64,000 bases of DNA, taken from contig NC_043001.1 in assembly GCF_006345805.1 (NCBI RefSeq), positions 80,786,001 through 80,850,000 on the forward strand, in the 5' to 3' direction. The notes below the pieces were generated by a model. That model worked only from the letters and a program-made list of their open reading frames with translations, had not been told where the DNA came from and made no database searches. A program made the position numbers and the translations under genes. Below, piece after piece: positions 25,831 through 38,557 of the stretch. Position 1 is the stretch's first letter, and each line of letters begins with the position of its first letter. The DNA is from Octopus sinensis. Its lineage: Eukaryota.

Positions 25831-26310
25831 CCTTTTTTTTTCTCAATTGGCATGGAAATGGGAGGGTATTTCCATAATTGTGGGGTTTTTTTTCTGTTAT
25901 TTTCCCCTTATGTTTTCCCCACTAAGCATTCTTCTATCTTTTATTTCTTTCCCTTGTTTCTATTTTATTTCCCCACCCCCTATTTTCTTTTTTATTGGAA
26001 ATAGAGGAGGGGGGATGACTATAATATATTGTATATATATATTTCCTGATGTTGATGTTGTTACTTTTATCTGTCAACATACTTCAAGCTCCTCTACTCA
26101 ACACTCTTCACCCCCTCCAGCTCTTCAGCTGTGCATAGTTGGAGTGTCTCCCCCCACCCACAGTCCCCCTGCCCCTCTCACACATCACCATCACCACCCT
26201 ATCTTTGGCTTTATCATAACAATTGCTGTTTCAACTACTACCTCTCCTAATCTTTCTAGCTAGAATGTATACTTCTAAGACATGATCTTGCCCCTCTCCT
26301 CTTCCTTTTT

Positions 26311-26392
26311 TTACTGTTTCTTATATATAATCTATAGACCCTACATACGTTTGTGTGTCTATATATATGTACATATATGTGTGTACATTTTG

Positions 26393-26435
<43 letters not shown>

Positions 26436-26615
26436 ATGTTACTGTTTCTTATAATCTGTAGACCCTACATATATGTGTGTGTGTATATATGTGTGTGTAC
26501 ATGTGTATGTTATGTGTGTATATCTATATATATGTACATATATGTGTGCATTTTGTGCATATATATGTGTGTGTGTGTGCATGTTACTGTTTCTTACATA
26601 TAATCTATAGACCCT
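26311..26615 (+). repeat. Tandem triplication, unit 128-145 bp
   Basis: ttactgtttctta..taatct(a/g)tagacccta at 26311, 26439 and 26584. Confidence 0.9.
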
Positions 26616-26620
26616 ATGTA

Positions 26621-26654
<34 letters not shown>

Positions 26655-26671
26655 CACATGTCTATGTTTTG

Positions 26672-26709
<38 letters not shown>

Positions 26710-27228
26710 AGCACAGACGCACACAAACATACCCGCATACATGTGTGTCATTCTAGCAGTGTCTCACTCCACATCTATTGGCTGCTTTGGTTCTTGTTCT
26801 CCTTTCTCTTCTCCCCTTGCCCTGGAAATGATTGCTTGCCCAGATTCTTAATGATGGCATTTCAAACTGTGACTGTAGTGCTGGGAGTAGTTTTGGCGGT
26901 GGTGTTGGTTGTGGTGGTAGGAGTAATGGTTACTATGGTAATATTAGTTATGCCTATGATGATGGTGATGATAATGATGTGATGATGATGATGGTAGGAA
27001 TTCAATCAGGAGTGTTATTTCCTCAGTTTTTTTTTTATTCTTACCCCCGCCCCCGTGTGTGTATGTACTTATGTGTGTAAGTGTATATTAATCCTCTTCT
27101 ACTTTTGTCAACTGTAATTGTTTCTAGTTTTGGGGAATTTTTTTCTTCTAGATTCTAAGAGAAATAATTGTCTGTCTGTATGTAAGTATGTATGTATCTG
27201 TCTAATCTGTACATCTTTTCTCTCTTGC

Positions 27229-27284
<56 letters not shown>

Positions 27285-27374
27285 CTTGTTCATCTAACAT
27301 ACTTACATGTGCATTTTCTATGTATTTGTGTATATCTGTTTGTATGTGTGTCTACCATACAAAATTATGAAATT

Positions 27375-27455
27375 TCATATGTTTCGGTTGGTCATATCCC
27401 GAACATGCGCATGTGAGCCCAAAGGCAAAAGACGTGCCTCAAGGGGGATGGAACT
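27375..27455 (-). mobile_element. Probable tRNA-derived SINE fragment of another family
   Basis: Minus strand ttctgagttccatcccccttgagg resembles a pol III B box followed by unique body. Confidence 0.4.
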
Positions 27456-27959
27456 CAGAATCTAATAATAATAACAATAATTTGTTAAAGTGGTACCACA
27501 TCATACAACCATATTCACGCACATACACACACACACCACACACACATGGTTGTGTATGTTTTTCCTATTAGGAACAATCACAACTGCCAGCTCTGTGATG
27601 TATATCTATTCCCAGAGGAAGATGATATAAACCATCAACTCAATGTTCAATGAAGGAGGGGAAGGAGGTCGTCAGTCTGCATCAATGGTCAGTCCCTCAG
27701 TTAACTTCTTTAGATGTGGTTAGTGAAAGGATATGAAAGCACAATCACTTTGTTTCTAGGTGTGTCAGTCATTTTAAAAATTGGTTGCCAAATGCTTTTG
27801 TAGTAAATATCAGGGTGAGTGTTGGACATGTCCTTAATTTTCTGAAAACATTGCGTCTCCAAGATTTGTTTGGGTACTAGATCTTAAGGTTCATGGCCTA
27901 GTAGTTAGTGTTAGGGTGTTGCACTTTTGATCGCAGGACTTTTTATTTCAATTCTCAAA

Positions 27960-28400
27960 CAGGCATGGATGTGTGGTAAGAAGTTTGCTTCCCAATCACA
28001 TGGCTTCAGGTTCAGTCCCACTACATGACACCTTGGGAAAGTGCCTTCTACTATAGCCTCAGGCCAACCAAAGCCTTTTGAGTAGGTTTGGCTTATGGAA
28101 ACTGAAATAAAGATATATGTATGTGTGTGTGTATTACATATATATACATATATGTGTGTGTGTATTATACACACACACACACACATATATATATCTGTGT
28201 GTCTTTTTTGTCTATGATTGTCCCCCAGGACTGCTTGGTGTGTTGGTGTGTTTACATTCCTGTAACTTATTCTATTGGTCTCTTTTGCTGCAATACTAAG
28301 TACAAGGCTTAAAAAAAACAAGCCCAAGGGTCAATTTGACTAAAACCCTTCAAGATAGTGCTCCAGCATGGCTGCAGTCTAATGACTGAAACAAATAAAC
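27960..28400 (+). mobile_element. SINE type A, full length
   Basis: tRNA-like head with A/B-box-like segments (gtgtggtaag; ggttcagtccc), ccttggg core, internal TA/TG tract, tail ccagcatggctgcagtctaatgactgaaac. Confidence 0.9.
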
Positions 28401-29330
28401 AGTAGATAGAAATGGTTTCTCACTTTTCTAATCTTCCATTTGAACATGTCCGGCCATGGGAAAATATTACATTGCTTGGTAACAAGTAAGAGTTAGCAAC
28501 AAGATGAGCATCTGCTCATTGAATTCGAAACCAAATTTTTTTCAATAAATCTCAGGAAAGTGTGTCATGACCTGAGGTTTTGTGAAAACATTGGGTCACC
28601 AAAATTTGCTTCAGTATAGATCTCAAGCTATGTGTATGGCCTAGTGGCTGGTGTAATTGCACTCACAATCTTGAGACTTTGGTTTCAACTCCCATACAAG
28701 TGGTTTCTCTTATTTTTCAATATTTTGTGAAAACATTCATGCAATATGTGAAAACATTGGAAGCAAGGGAAGAAGATTGGCAAAAAAAAAGGGTAGAGTC
28801 ATTACAGCATCATAAAAAAAAATGCCTTTCAGTATGCATTCAGAGTTCAAATACTGAGGAAGTTAACTTCAACTTTCATTAGTTCATCTCCAGCCACAAA
28901 GAAATATTACTTTGTTTGGGAACACAGGAAAATTGGTGCCTGAGAGATCACCCAGCCATAGAAAATCTGTATCAACAAATTCTCTCTGACTCATGCAAGC
29001 ATGGAAAAGTGGTCATTAAAATGATATTGAGCTTAATATTTACAGAATTTCTCATATAGAAAAAGAGTAGCATGGTTACAAATCAAAGATGGAGACACTA
29101 AAATAAAACAGATTAGATTGGTGCACACAGCTATGCTTGTAAAATATACAACTTATTGTGTAACTTTGAGATTTTCTTGTATAGAACATGTTTAAATGCT
29201 GGTTTACATTTCGAACATGTGGTATGTAGATGCATGTTTCTATTTGAGTATACACAATATAACATCATATATATATATATATATATATATATTTATTTTA
29301 CTGTGGTTAACCCCGACTCAACCCGGGACC

Positions 29331-29372
<42 letters not shown>

Positions 29373-29549
29373 CTCATCCCTTCCCCACCACCATGCTCTT
29401 GAGTCCCATCCTGTATGTATTGAGACATTCATACTCCTGTACATACATTCATATACATATAGACATTCACATATATCAACCTCCAGCTCTCCCTCTCTCT
29501 CTCTCTCTCTCACACACGCACACACACATTCACATGCCAAATCCCCCTG

Positions 29550-29589
<40 letters not shown>

Positions 29590-29816
29590 ACACATTCATA
29601 CACATGTAGATATTCATATGTCAACCCCCACTATCTGCCTGTGTGTCTCACACAAGCAAATATTGTCAAATCAAGCCTCTTTTTATATCTCTCACACAAA
29701 CATTCACATATAGGTATACACAAATCAACTCTCTCTTACACACATTCACATATCAGCCTATGCTTCTCACTTTTTCTGTCACTCACCCCAACACACACAC
29801 ACACACACACACACAC

Positions 29817-29850
<34 letters not shown>

Positions 29851-31224
29851 CCTCTCTCTCTCATACACACACACATATACACACATGCTCACACAGACAT
29901 ACACATATTGAGTCTACCCCCAATCATGTATGTTCCGCCACCACCACCTATTTCATCTGTCAGCAACTTCTGACAACAATCTTATACTTTACAGAAAAAA
30001 GTTACTAACCCCTAAAAAAAACCCACCCCCACTCTCTTCTTGAAAAAAAAAACACTTTCAGCATCTATTTCTCTTATCTTCTCTTTTTTCCTTCCCCCTC
30101 CCCTTGCCCTTTTGTTGACCCTTTAGGTTTATTTTCCTTATAAATGTTGACTGGAAGCTATAAGAGTAGAGCTAGTTATAGAAGGGAGTTTTGACTGTTC
30201 CCTAAAATCTTTTTCTCTTTTTATTTACTTTCCCTTCTTTTTCTGACCTTCAGAGTTTATTTTAAGCTGCTTGATGGAATGTTGGTAGTTGTTATTTCAA
30301 CCCAGGTCATCCTTGATCTAAAAGACCCAGGATCAAACACACACATTCCATCTCTGACTATCCCTCTTCTCTTCTAACTGGTAGCCATTCCAACATAGCA
30401 TATTTTTAAATGTAATAGTATTTTGATGTTTCTAGCCACTTTTGTAATTGACTATTTTATCATATACAGTTTATGAAATTAATTTATTCCTTAAGGTCAT
30501 TTGTCCCCCACAAAATTTTTGAGAACTGAAACTATTTCCCCACAGGAAATTTGAGAAAAGATACTGTCAGTTTGAGCAGAGCAGAGATGTGCATTGAGCA
30601 AAAGCTAGACAGCAATTGATGCTCCCCCTTTGATATTCTCAGCTTGTAGTCAACCACTGTGTGTTCATTAATCAAGACACTATTCATCACCCAAGACATT
30701 GTTTGAAAAATTATTTGTAAACTGACTTGATGGTAATGAAAGGCATTCATAAAATGAGGTTCCACTGTGTATGTATGTGTGTGTGTGTGTGAGTGTGTGC
30801 ATAGATATAGATAGATAGATATCTATACATGTATGTCTTCAGGTGATTTGCTGTGCTTGAGAAAACATGCCAAGCTAAGTAAAATCATGGCTGTCCATGC
30901 ATACAGCCATATCTATCCCTCTTTCAGCCAAGACATCTTAGTCTTGTGGGTGCTGGTACCTCATAAAAGTACTCATAGAAATACCACATAAAAGCACCTA
31001 GTACACTCTGTAAAGTAATTGGTGTTAGGAAGAGCATCCAGTCATAGAAACCATACTAGAACAGGCAAATGGAGCCCAGGCAGCCTTTGAGTTGGCCAAC
31101 TCCTGTCAAACTGTCCAGCCCATGCCAACATGGAGGGCAGATATTAAAAGAGGATGATCATTATGTGTGTGTGTGTATTTCTCTTGTAGCTTGTGAGGTG
31201 GTTCTATTGCCACACCTTCCATGG

Positions 31225-31400
31225 CATATTTTTAATGAGTTTGGTTTAATTTGCAAGTCAGTTGGTGACCTGACCAGGAATGGTAAAATACATGAGATCA
31301 CAACTTAGCCAGTGAGGCCAAGAGACAGACATTTTAAGTGTTACAGTGAATGTGCTTACAGAACGGAAGCTGGGCTGAAGAGTCACTTGCATGATCGTGC
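31225..31400 (+). pseudogene. Decayed tandem C2H2 zinc-finger remnant, probably a LINE (RTE-like) 3' end
   Basis: One frame reads HIFNEFGLICKSVGDLTRNGKIH..*PVRPRDRHFKCYSECAYRTEAGLKSHL; Cys and His ligands partly mutated, in-frame stop. Confidence 0.55.
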
Positions 31401-31521
31401 AAGGTTCAGTCATGGAACATGGAACATAGCACTCTTTTAACAAGAAGGAGTAATCGTGCATGTGTGTATGCAAGTACACATATATGTACATACACAAGTA
31501 GAGCCTATGTGGTTGTGTGTT

Positions 31522-31556
<35 letters not shown>

Positions 31557-32355
31557 CGACACACACACACACACACACACAAATTCACATGAAACTGAAA
31601 TATTACTCCATACTTTTGAGTAGATTACATATTAATTTCTACTAGGAAAAAGTCAACACTGACTTCAAAATTTCAGCTTGTTGCTGTTCTTTAGACACAT
31701 ATAAGTATATCACTCTTAGTCCTGCTAAGAATAAAAAATCTGCAATTTCTATTTTCATCCAAAATAATTTCAGCTAGCTGATATTATTAGAGTTGTTCCC
31801 CTTGTTGCTTTTAGATTTTAAACACTTGAAGAGCAATTTTTTATTGTTATTATTTTGCTGTCTAAAAAGTTCTTATCACTTAGATCAAAGCATCCAACTA
31901 TAGAAAATGTACTCCAATGTATACTGTCTGTTTATCTAAGAAGCTTACTTCCAAACTATAGCCCTGGGTCGACTGAAGCCTTCAGGGTGGATTTTGTAAT
32001 GGGAAATTGAAAGAAGGCCATCATATATATATGTTAGTTTGTTTGCATCCCCATAACTTAGCAGTTTGGCAAAAGGGACACTAAGGAATAGGTAATAGAA
32101 CTTGATAAAAATAAGTACTGGAGTTGATTTGTTTGACTAAACCCTTCAAGGCAATGTACCAGCATGGCTGCAGTCCAATGACTGAAACATGTAAAAAAAA
32201 GACCCTTGCAAGTCCTGGAAAGTGGATATTAAATGATGGTGATGAAGAAGACCCAGCATAATAATACTCCCCTAACTATTTAACTTCCTTTAACTTCTCT
32301 CTATTTTTAAAATTTAAATGTTGTTGGTGGTGTTGTTATCATCATCATTATTATT

Positions 32356-32875
32356 GAGAGAACAGTGCATGCCATCAACTTGACACTGGGGTAAAATATA
32401 CAAAGCCCAGTATACTCATCATGACTACCCATCTGTTAAGGGTACACCAGGCACATACATCACAGTCATGTGTGTGACATGGTGATCTCATATCAAGATA
32501 AACAGCGCATGACCTTGCAAGTGGGGCCAAGTTAAAATTTCTTCAGATTGAGTCGCCTGCCCCACTCAAAAGTTCCCTGCATAAGGGTTGTTTAGAGATG
32601 TTTAATGAAACACTCATGTTTCCAGGGGTGAATTATTCAAACCCCAAAGAATTCCTCTTGGCACATAGCTGTGATGCTCCCCCACTACTTCTGCTTGTGA
32701 TCAGAGATGCACATATTGTCAGCCACTAAGGGACATGCTCAACTGGTTACGGTCAGGCAAGTGACAAGCAATAGAATATTTGCTGTAGCCCATCTTTTAT
32801 ACCAAGACAAAACAAGATAACCTTCCAATCAGTTAAGATGAGAAGCCAAGAGAGCCTGATATTGCATCAGACCAT
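32356..32875 (-). mobile_element. About 500-bp interspersed retroposon-like repeat, more complete copy
   Basis: Homologous to 5908-6343; (AAT/GAT)n tail; internal gtataaaag on the minus strand. Confidence 0.85.
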
Positions 32876-34223
32876 TTATTTTTTTAATTATTATTAGTAT
32901 TATTATTTTATAACAAGATATATAAGAGATTGGTTTGTGTATATTGATGCTGTCAATGCTATTACTGGCAGCTTGGTAGCTCTGTCGTTACTGAGATATT
33001 CAATGCAAGGTTGGGGATGGGAAGAAAGAAGACACCACTCCCTCTCCGTCTAGATAACGTTACATAAAACTTTCTTCAGCCTTAAAGATTTCTCTTCTAG
33101 AGAATTAATATCTATACCTCCCACTTCTTTCTTTCAGTGCTGAAATTCATTTTCACTCACCCCTCTTTCTCTTCTCCCCCTTCCAAAAAGTCTTTGACTT
33201 CTTATTTGTTTATTTTTTCTATAAATCTTCGCACACACATACACACGCATATATACACATACAAGCCATGTATATTTTTATGTGTATGAGATATAAGTAT
33301 ACCTCTTGTGTGTATGTGCGCGAAGAATGTGTCTACTTCCATATGTATGTCTGTGTCTTGTATAATTTTTATATATTTTAACGTGTATGCATTTCAAAGT
33401 GTGTTTATATATATGTTTAAAATGTGACCTACAACTAAATGTTTTAATATGTATGAATAAATGAATACAGACTTGCATCATGATGTATTTATATGTTCAG
33501 TATGTGAATACGATTTTCAGTGTATCTCATATGTATGTGTAGTGTCTTTTTTTGTTAATGTTGTTATGCTTGTCTTTAGTGTGTGTTTGTGTGTGCGCGC
33601 GCACACACACACACACACACACACATTTATACAGTTAGCCATGCTGAATATCCCCTCCCTTCTTTTTCTGTTGCTATGTTCTGTCCTGATTTCTTGTAGT
33701 CATACTATGAGCACAACTTAAATAATTGTTGTTTATTTAAGCATTTGAGGCGTTCAGATTTAAACACTGATACATCCAAATGTAGGGGTCGCAGCTGGAA
33801 TTTTTGACAAATAAGGACATGGTTTGCAGATGAAAATTAATCAGTTTAAAGAATCTGCCTGCTTTGCGAGTTGTTTGGGTTATAGTAACTGTGTGGTTAG
33901 TTAGTTACTGTACTACCACCAGCTAGTTATCTTATCCCCATGTCAGTCTTGACTAGGCAGACTTACAATTTAAGTTGTTCTTGCCCATGACACCTACATT
34001 AAGACACTGTGTATCTTGGAGTACATTATCCAGTGTGAACTTGCTCTTTTATAATGTGGTGGTTTGTGATTTGAGGGATATTTGGCTTTAGTTTCTAGAT
34101 GATTGAATGAGTAAATAGAGACTCCTTTGTTTGTGTCATACTGTGCCAGTAATCTAGCTTTTATTTGTGTCAGGGATTGGACTACAGTCACCATGCTGGA
34201 GCACTGCCTTTGAGAATTTAGTT

Positions 34224-34484
34224 CAGTGGTTCTAAACCAAAATCCATATGACCCTTCGGGTGAAGCATATTAAGATTTTGTTGTTAAAATTATGTGCAAT
34301 AAATTGCTTATGCTTCTACAATGCACAAAATATTAAAAAAATTTTTTATACAGTACCTAATAATCTTTATTAAGAAAACAGTGGAACATTTTTTTTATAT
34401 CTACATTGAATGGCTCTAGATGTCCAGTGAGAGTAAAGTAGGAACCAAAAGGGTCCATAGGCAGAAAATTGTTGAAAACCACTG
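34224..34484. mobile_element. hAT (Charlie-like) MITE inserted in a type A SINE tail
   Basis: TIRs cagtggttct / aaaccactg; 8-bp TSD atttagtt / gtttagtt; host SINE continues on both sides. Confidence 0.85.
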
Positions 34485-36199
34485 GTTTAGTTGAACAAAA
34501 TAACTCCAGTGCCTTTTTTTCTTTTCTTCTTTCTTTTCTTTTTTTCTTTTGTGGCCTTTCTACCAAATTCTTTCTGACCTGCTAAGCTACTTTTATGTTA
34601 TGAGGGGAGCCATGTATGTCTTCTAGAGATTTGTGGTTGTATGTCTTTCTCAACATCTAGCATAAAACTATCTCTTTCCACAACGACCCTACTTACTTAA
34701 CCGGGTGCTTTTTTTGTGTTTGTCTTATAAGTTATCAGGCAACTGAACTAGTGCTGGTGTTACCAAAAATTAAAAAAATTAAAAACGAAAAAGGAAGAAA
34801 GCAAAAGAGCACATGATGCAACTCTGTGAATTGGTTGTTGTTAGAAAGGAAAGATCATTCAGAAACCATGTCAAGACAGACATTGGAGCTCACTGTAGTC
34901 CTCCAGTTCCTTGGAGCCTTTCAAACTGTGCAACACTTGTCAGCCTCAGGGACAGATATTAAATGGTGATGATCATCAACATCATTAACTCTTTGATTGT
35001 GTAATTAAATTTCACATATGGATGTGTGGGTGTGTGCATGTGTAAACTTATATGTGTGTTAGTGTTGTTTTAGCCACAGGTCAGGCTTGTAGGTTCCAAT
35101 TTTCATATCCACCACTGAGAGTATTTGGTTTTTGATCTGTAAAGAGATATTTGATTAATTATAGGGGAGCGGGGTTAAGAAAATTAAAAGAAATTTGTTT
35201 TCTGTAAAAATGTCACTGGGCATATCTCCACTTCTTGTAGCATAAGAAGAGGTCTTTTTTCAAAGCCATAGGGTAAAACCACTTTCTGCAGTTAATGCTT
35301 GTAAAGTCTAAAGCACAACATATCAACATTCCTTGTTGAAAGGGTTGGTATGAAGTGTGTACAGGTTAGTGATTTGAATTGCGGGTACTTCTCAGCCAAC
35401 AAGTTTGCATCTAGTTTTCATTTCATCTACTCAATCTCACTCACGAGGATTAAGTCAACCCAGAGCCATGGCAGACAATACTTGACTGCTGTGTGGTGTC
35501 CTGCAGCAGAATTGAAACCTAGACCTCATGATTTGCAAAGCAAAACTTCTCAGCCGTTTCACCATGTCTGTACTCCCAGTCCTATTTAACCTCTCCCACA
35601 CAACATAAAATTTGATACAAGTATTTTTTGTTTATTGTGTGTTTTCTATGTCAGTGTAAATGTCTATGTAACACAAGACACAGTTTCCGTGATCTCTTCT
35701 CAGTGTTGTGATGGCAATTTGGCAAAGAGCGGGGAGGGATTGCTTGGGCGGAGGGAATTTTTTTTTTTTGTGATGTGGGTTAAGGCTAACTGCAAAATTT
35801 GCCCTTTCAATCCTCCTGTTCTCAAATAACCATAACAACTTTAGCGATATAATTGGCCTTGCCTTCTCCAGACAACAAACAGTTAGACATCTGTTTTAAG
35901 TACAGGCCTTCCTTTATTCCACTGTCAATACCAACACCATTACAACACTACCACTACCACCAGCAGTAGCAGCAACATACTATTATCATTGCTACCATCA
36001 TCACCACTACCATCACAACCACCACCACTACCATCACCACCATCATAGTGTAGTCATCATTTCCATTAAAATTAGTCATTTTAACTATTCATCTATACTA
36101 TAGTCTGACTGCTTTGCATGTCTGTGTAATTTACATAAGTTATTTTTTTTTAAATAAACACTCATGCATGTAGAAAAACATACATATAACAAGCCAGCA

Positions 36200-36545
36200 A
36201 GGGAGAGTCTTTGCTTGACCCACTAGAAATAGCTGCCAATTTTTTATTTCTCAAATTACACCCAACTATTTAAGAAAAGGATGCACTGTATAATGACGTG
36301 TAATGACTTTTCAGCATATAGGTTGAAGAAATATCATTATAGTTAGATTGCCTTTAATCATAGGTTTACTTGATAATAGCTAGCCTAGGGCTAAATAGCT
36401 ACAGCATGTAAACTTATATTCACATGCAAACACTCACACTTCTGCTTGATCAGGACTAAACTTGGGCTAAACAACTATACATTCATACACACACACACAC
36501 ACACACACTCCTGTTCAATCAGGCCTGACCTGTGGCTAAACAACA
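36200..36545 (+). mobile_element. (AAC)n-tailed interspersed repeat
   Basis: ttgacccactagaaatagc..gcctttaatcatagg..ctgacctgtggctaaacaacaa; related copies at about 235-400, 30280-30460, 43770-43980 and 56080-56300. Confidence 0.6.
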
Positions 36546-37374
36546 ATACCAACACACAAACTTATGCTTGCACACAGTCACACAGATGCACATACACACA
36601 AACTCAGAAAGTGTATGTATATGTCTGTTTGTGAGCAAGAGAGTAAACTGACTATGTCAATTTTAGATTGGCAAATTGTGGATTTTTAAATCACTGCTCT
36701 CTTATTATAGTTAACATCAATTATGAATGGTTTTGTTTAGTTTAATGCCTGCAACTCGCCAAGAAAGAATTTTCTTCTTATAGATTATTCATATTTCTAT
36801 AGGCTGGCCTCCAGTTTCAACTGTTTGCTTGCTATCTCTTTGTCTCGGCCAGATAATCCCTTGAGCATTTCTAGCTCTGGCTATTCATAGCCATTCATCT
36901 GGCTTTTTCTTCCTCGCTTGTTTTCTAGTTTCTGTATGGATAGAAACTGACTTGGTTTTTCAAAAACCTTTTCCCTCGATATTCTATATTTTATTAATGT
37001 AAAATGTTAAACACATGAAAGCGATTGAACTTGCCGTTTTTCCCCTAGAGGGGTTTTTCCTTTCTTTATTATTATTATTTTTTTCTTTTTTGTGTTGTAA
37101 GTTGTGTTTAGTTTAGACTAAAAGAACGGGAAAGAGAGAACAGAAAGAATGAAAAGAGAGAGGGAGATTGGGAGGGTGTTTTGTTAGACTGAAATGTTAG
37201 TTGTAGTGGTTTGGCTCTTTAGATCTTTCACACAGTAGGTTCTTGTTTGTATGATATTGTTGGTGCTATTTTTACTTGTATTATTATTATTATTATTATA
37301 TTGACACCTCTCACTTGCAGTGTCTTCATATTCCTGCAAAGGAAGAAAATCGTTTTAAACAAACATTGTTACAG

Positions 37375-37655
37375 ACATAGTTGTGTGGCTTAAGAAACTT
37401 GCTTTGCAAAGCGGCCACATGATTTTTGAGTTCAGTCCCATTGTAAGGCACCTTGGGCCAGTAAGTGTCTTCTAATGTAACCCTGAGCTGACCAATGTCT
37501 CGTGAGTGGATTTAGTAGATGAAAACTGTGAGGAAACCCATTGTATACATTGCCTGACAGCCGATGTTGGTTTGTTTATGTCAACAAAACCTTTCAAAGC
37601 AGTGACCTGGCCACAATCTGATGATTGAAACAAGTAAAATTTAAAAGATAGAGAT
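37375..37655 (+). mobile_element. SINE type A
   Basis: Head gagttcagtcccattgtaaggcaccttgggc, body gtgagtggatttagtagatg, tail. Confidence 0.8.
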
Positions 37656-37861
37656 AAAAAAAAGTCATGGCTGGTGAGAAAGACATTATGGTTAAAAATA
37701 TGTATGATGCATTTCATGTCCATACCCATTCTTTGCAGCAAATGTATCATCAGCCGCTGTCATGTTTCCATAGCTGTGAGTTTAGAGTGTACCAGTGAGT
37801 TTGCAATGAAGGATTCAATTCCCAGTCACAAATATTTTACTCTGTTAATTCTCCTGGGTTG

Positions 37862-38155
37862 TGAAGGTGCATGGCTTAGTGGTTAGGGTATTCAGCTCAC
37901 AGTCATAAGGTTGTGAGTTCAATTCTCATTGACATGTTGTGTCCTTGAGCAAGACACTCTATTTTCATGTTGCTCTAGTCTACTCAACTGGCAAAAATGT
38001 GTATTGCCTATGTTTTAAAGGGCCAGCCTGTGTCATGCTGAATCTCCCTGAGAACTACATTAAGGGTACATATGTTTGTGGAGTGCTCAGCCACATATAC
38101 ATCAATTTCACAAGCAGGCCATTCTGTTGATTGGATCAACTGGAACCCCTCGCAG
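37862..38155 (+). mobile_element. SINE type C, near full length
   Basis: gaaggtgcatggcttagtggttaggg..gtgagttcaattc (A/B-box-like) and gtccttgagcaagacact body. Confidence 0.85.
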
Positions 38156-38469
38156 CACCCATGGGTGAAAGTCATGGTCATGAAAACTCTCAGTTCACAC
38201 TCCCACTCCCATTCCTTGAACCTGATGAAGCTGATCCACCCAGGATTGGATGTTTCTGATTATGGAATGTCAACCAATTCATTCACTTTTTTTGTAGAAT
38301 ACTAATTGTATGGTAAATATTGTGTCAAACTGACAGCTGTACCATTACTGCTGTCACCCCATGGGCTTCTTTAGCTGCCCTTTTTTGCAACAGAATACCA
38401 TAATGTGGCACATCAGCTAATTCTACAAGAACACTTAAATGTCATATTTGGAGTTCTGATACACATATG

Positions 38470-38513
<44 letters not shown>

Positions 38514-38516
38514 ATC

Positions 38517-38557
<41 letters not shown>

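Noticed and set aside
27393-27404. Palindrome acatgcgcatgt as an NRF1-like promoter site
   Set aside because: Lies within a probable SINE fragment
14203-36821. Exact 17-bp inverted match tggcctccagtttcaac (14203-14219 and 36805-36821)
   Set aside because: A rough estimate gives about 0.2-0.3 such matches by chance in 64 kb, and the flanks do not extend
38222-38272. ctgatgaagctg.. as a hammerhead ribozyme
   Set aside because: No closing stem II and no GAAA box at a compatible position
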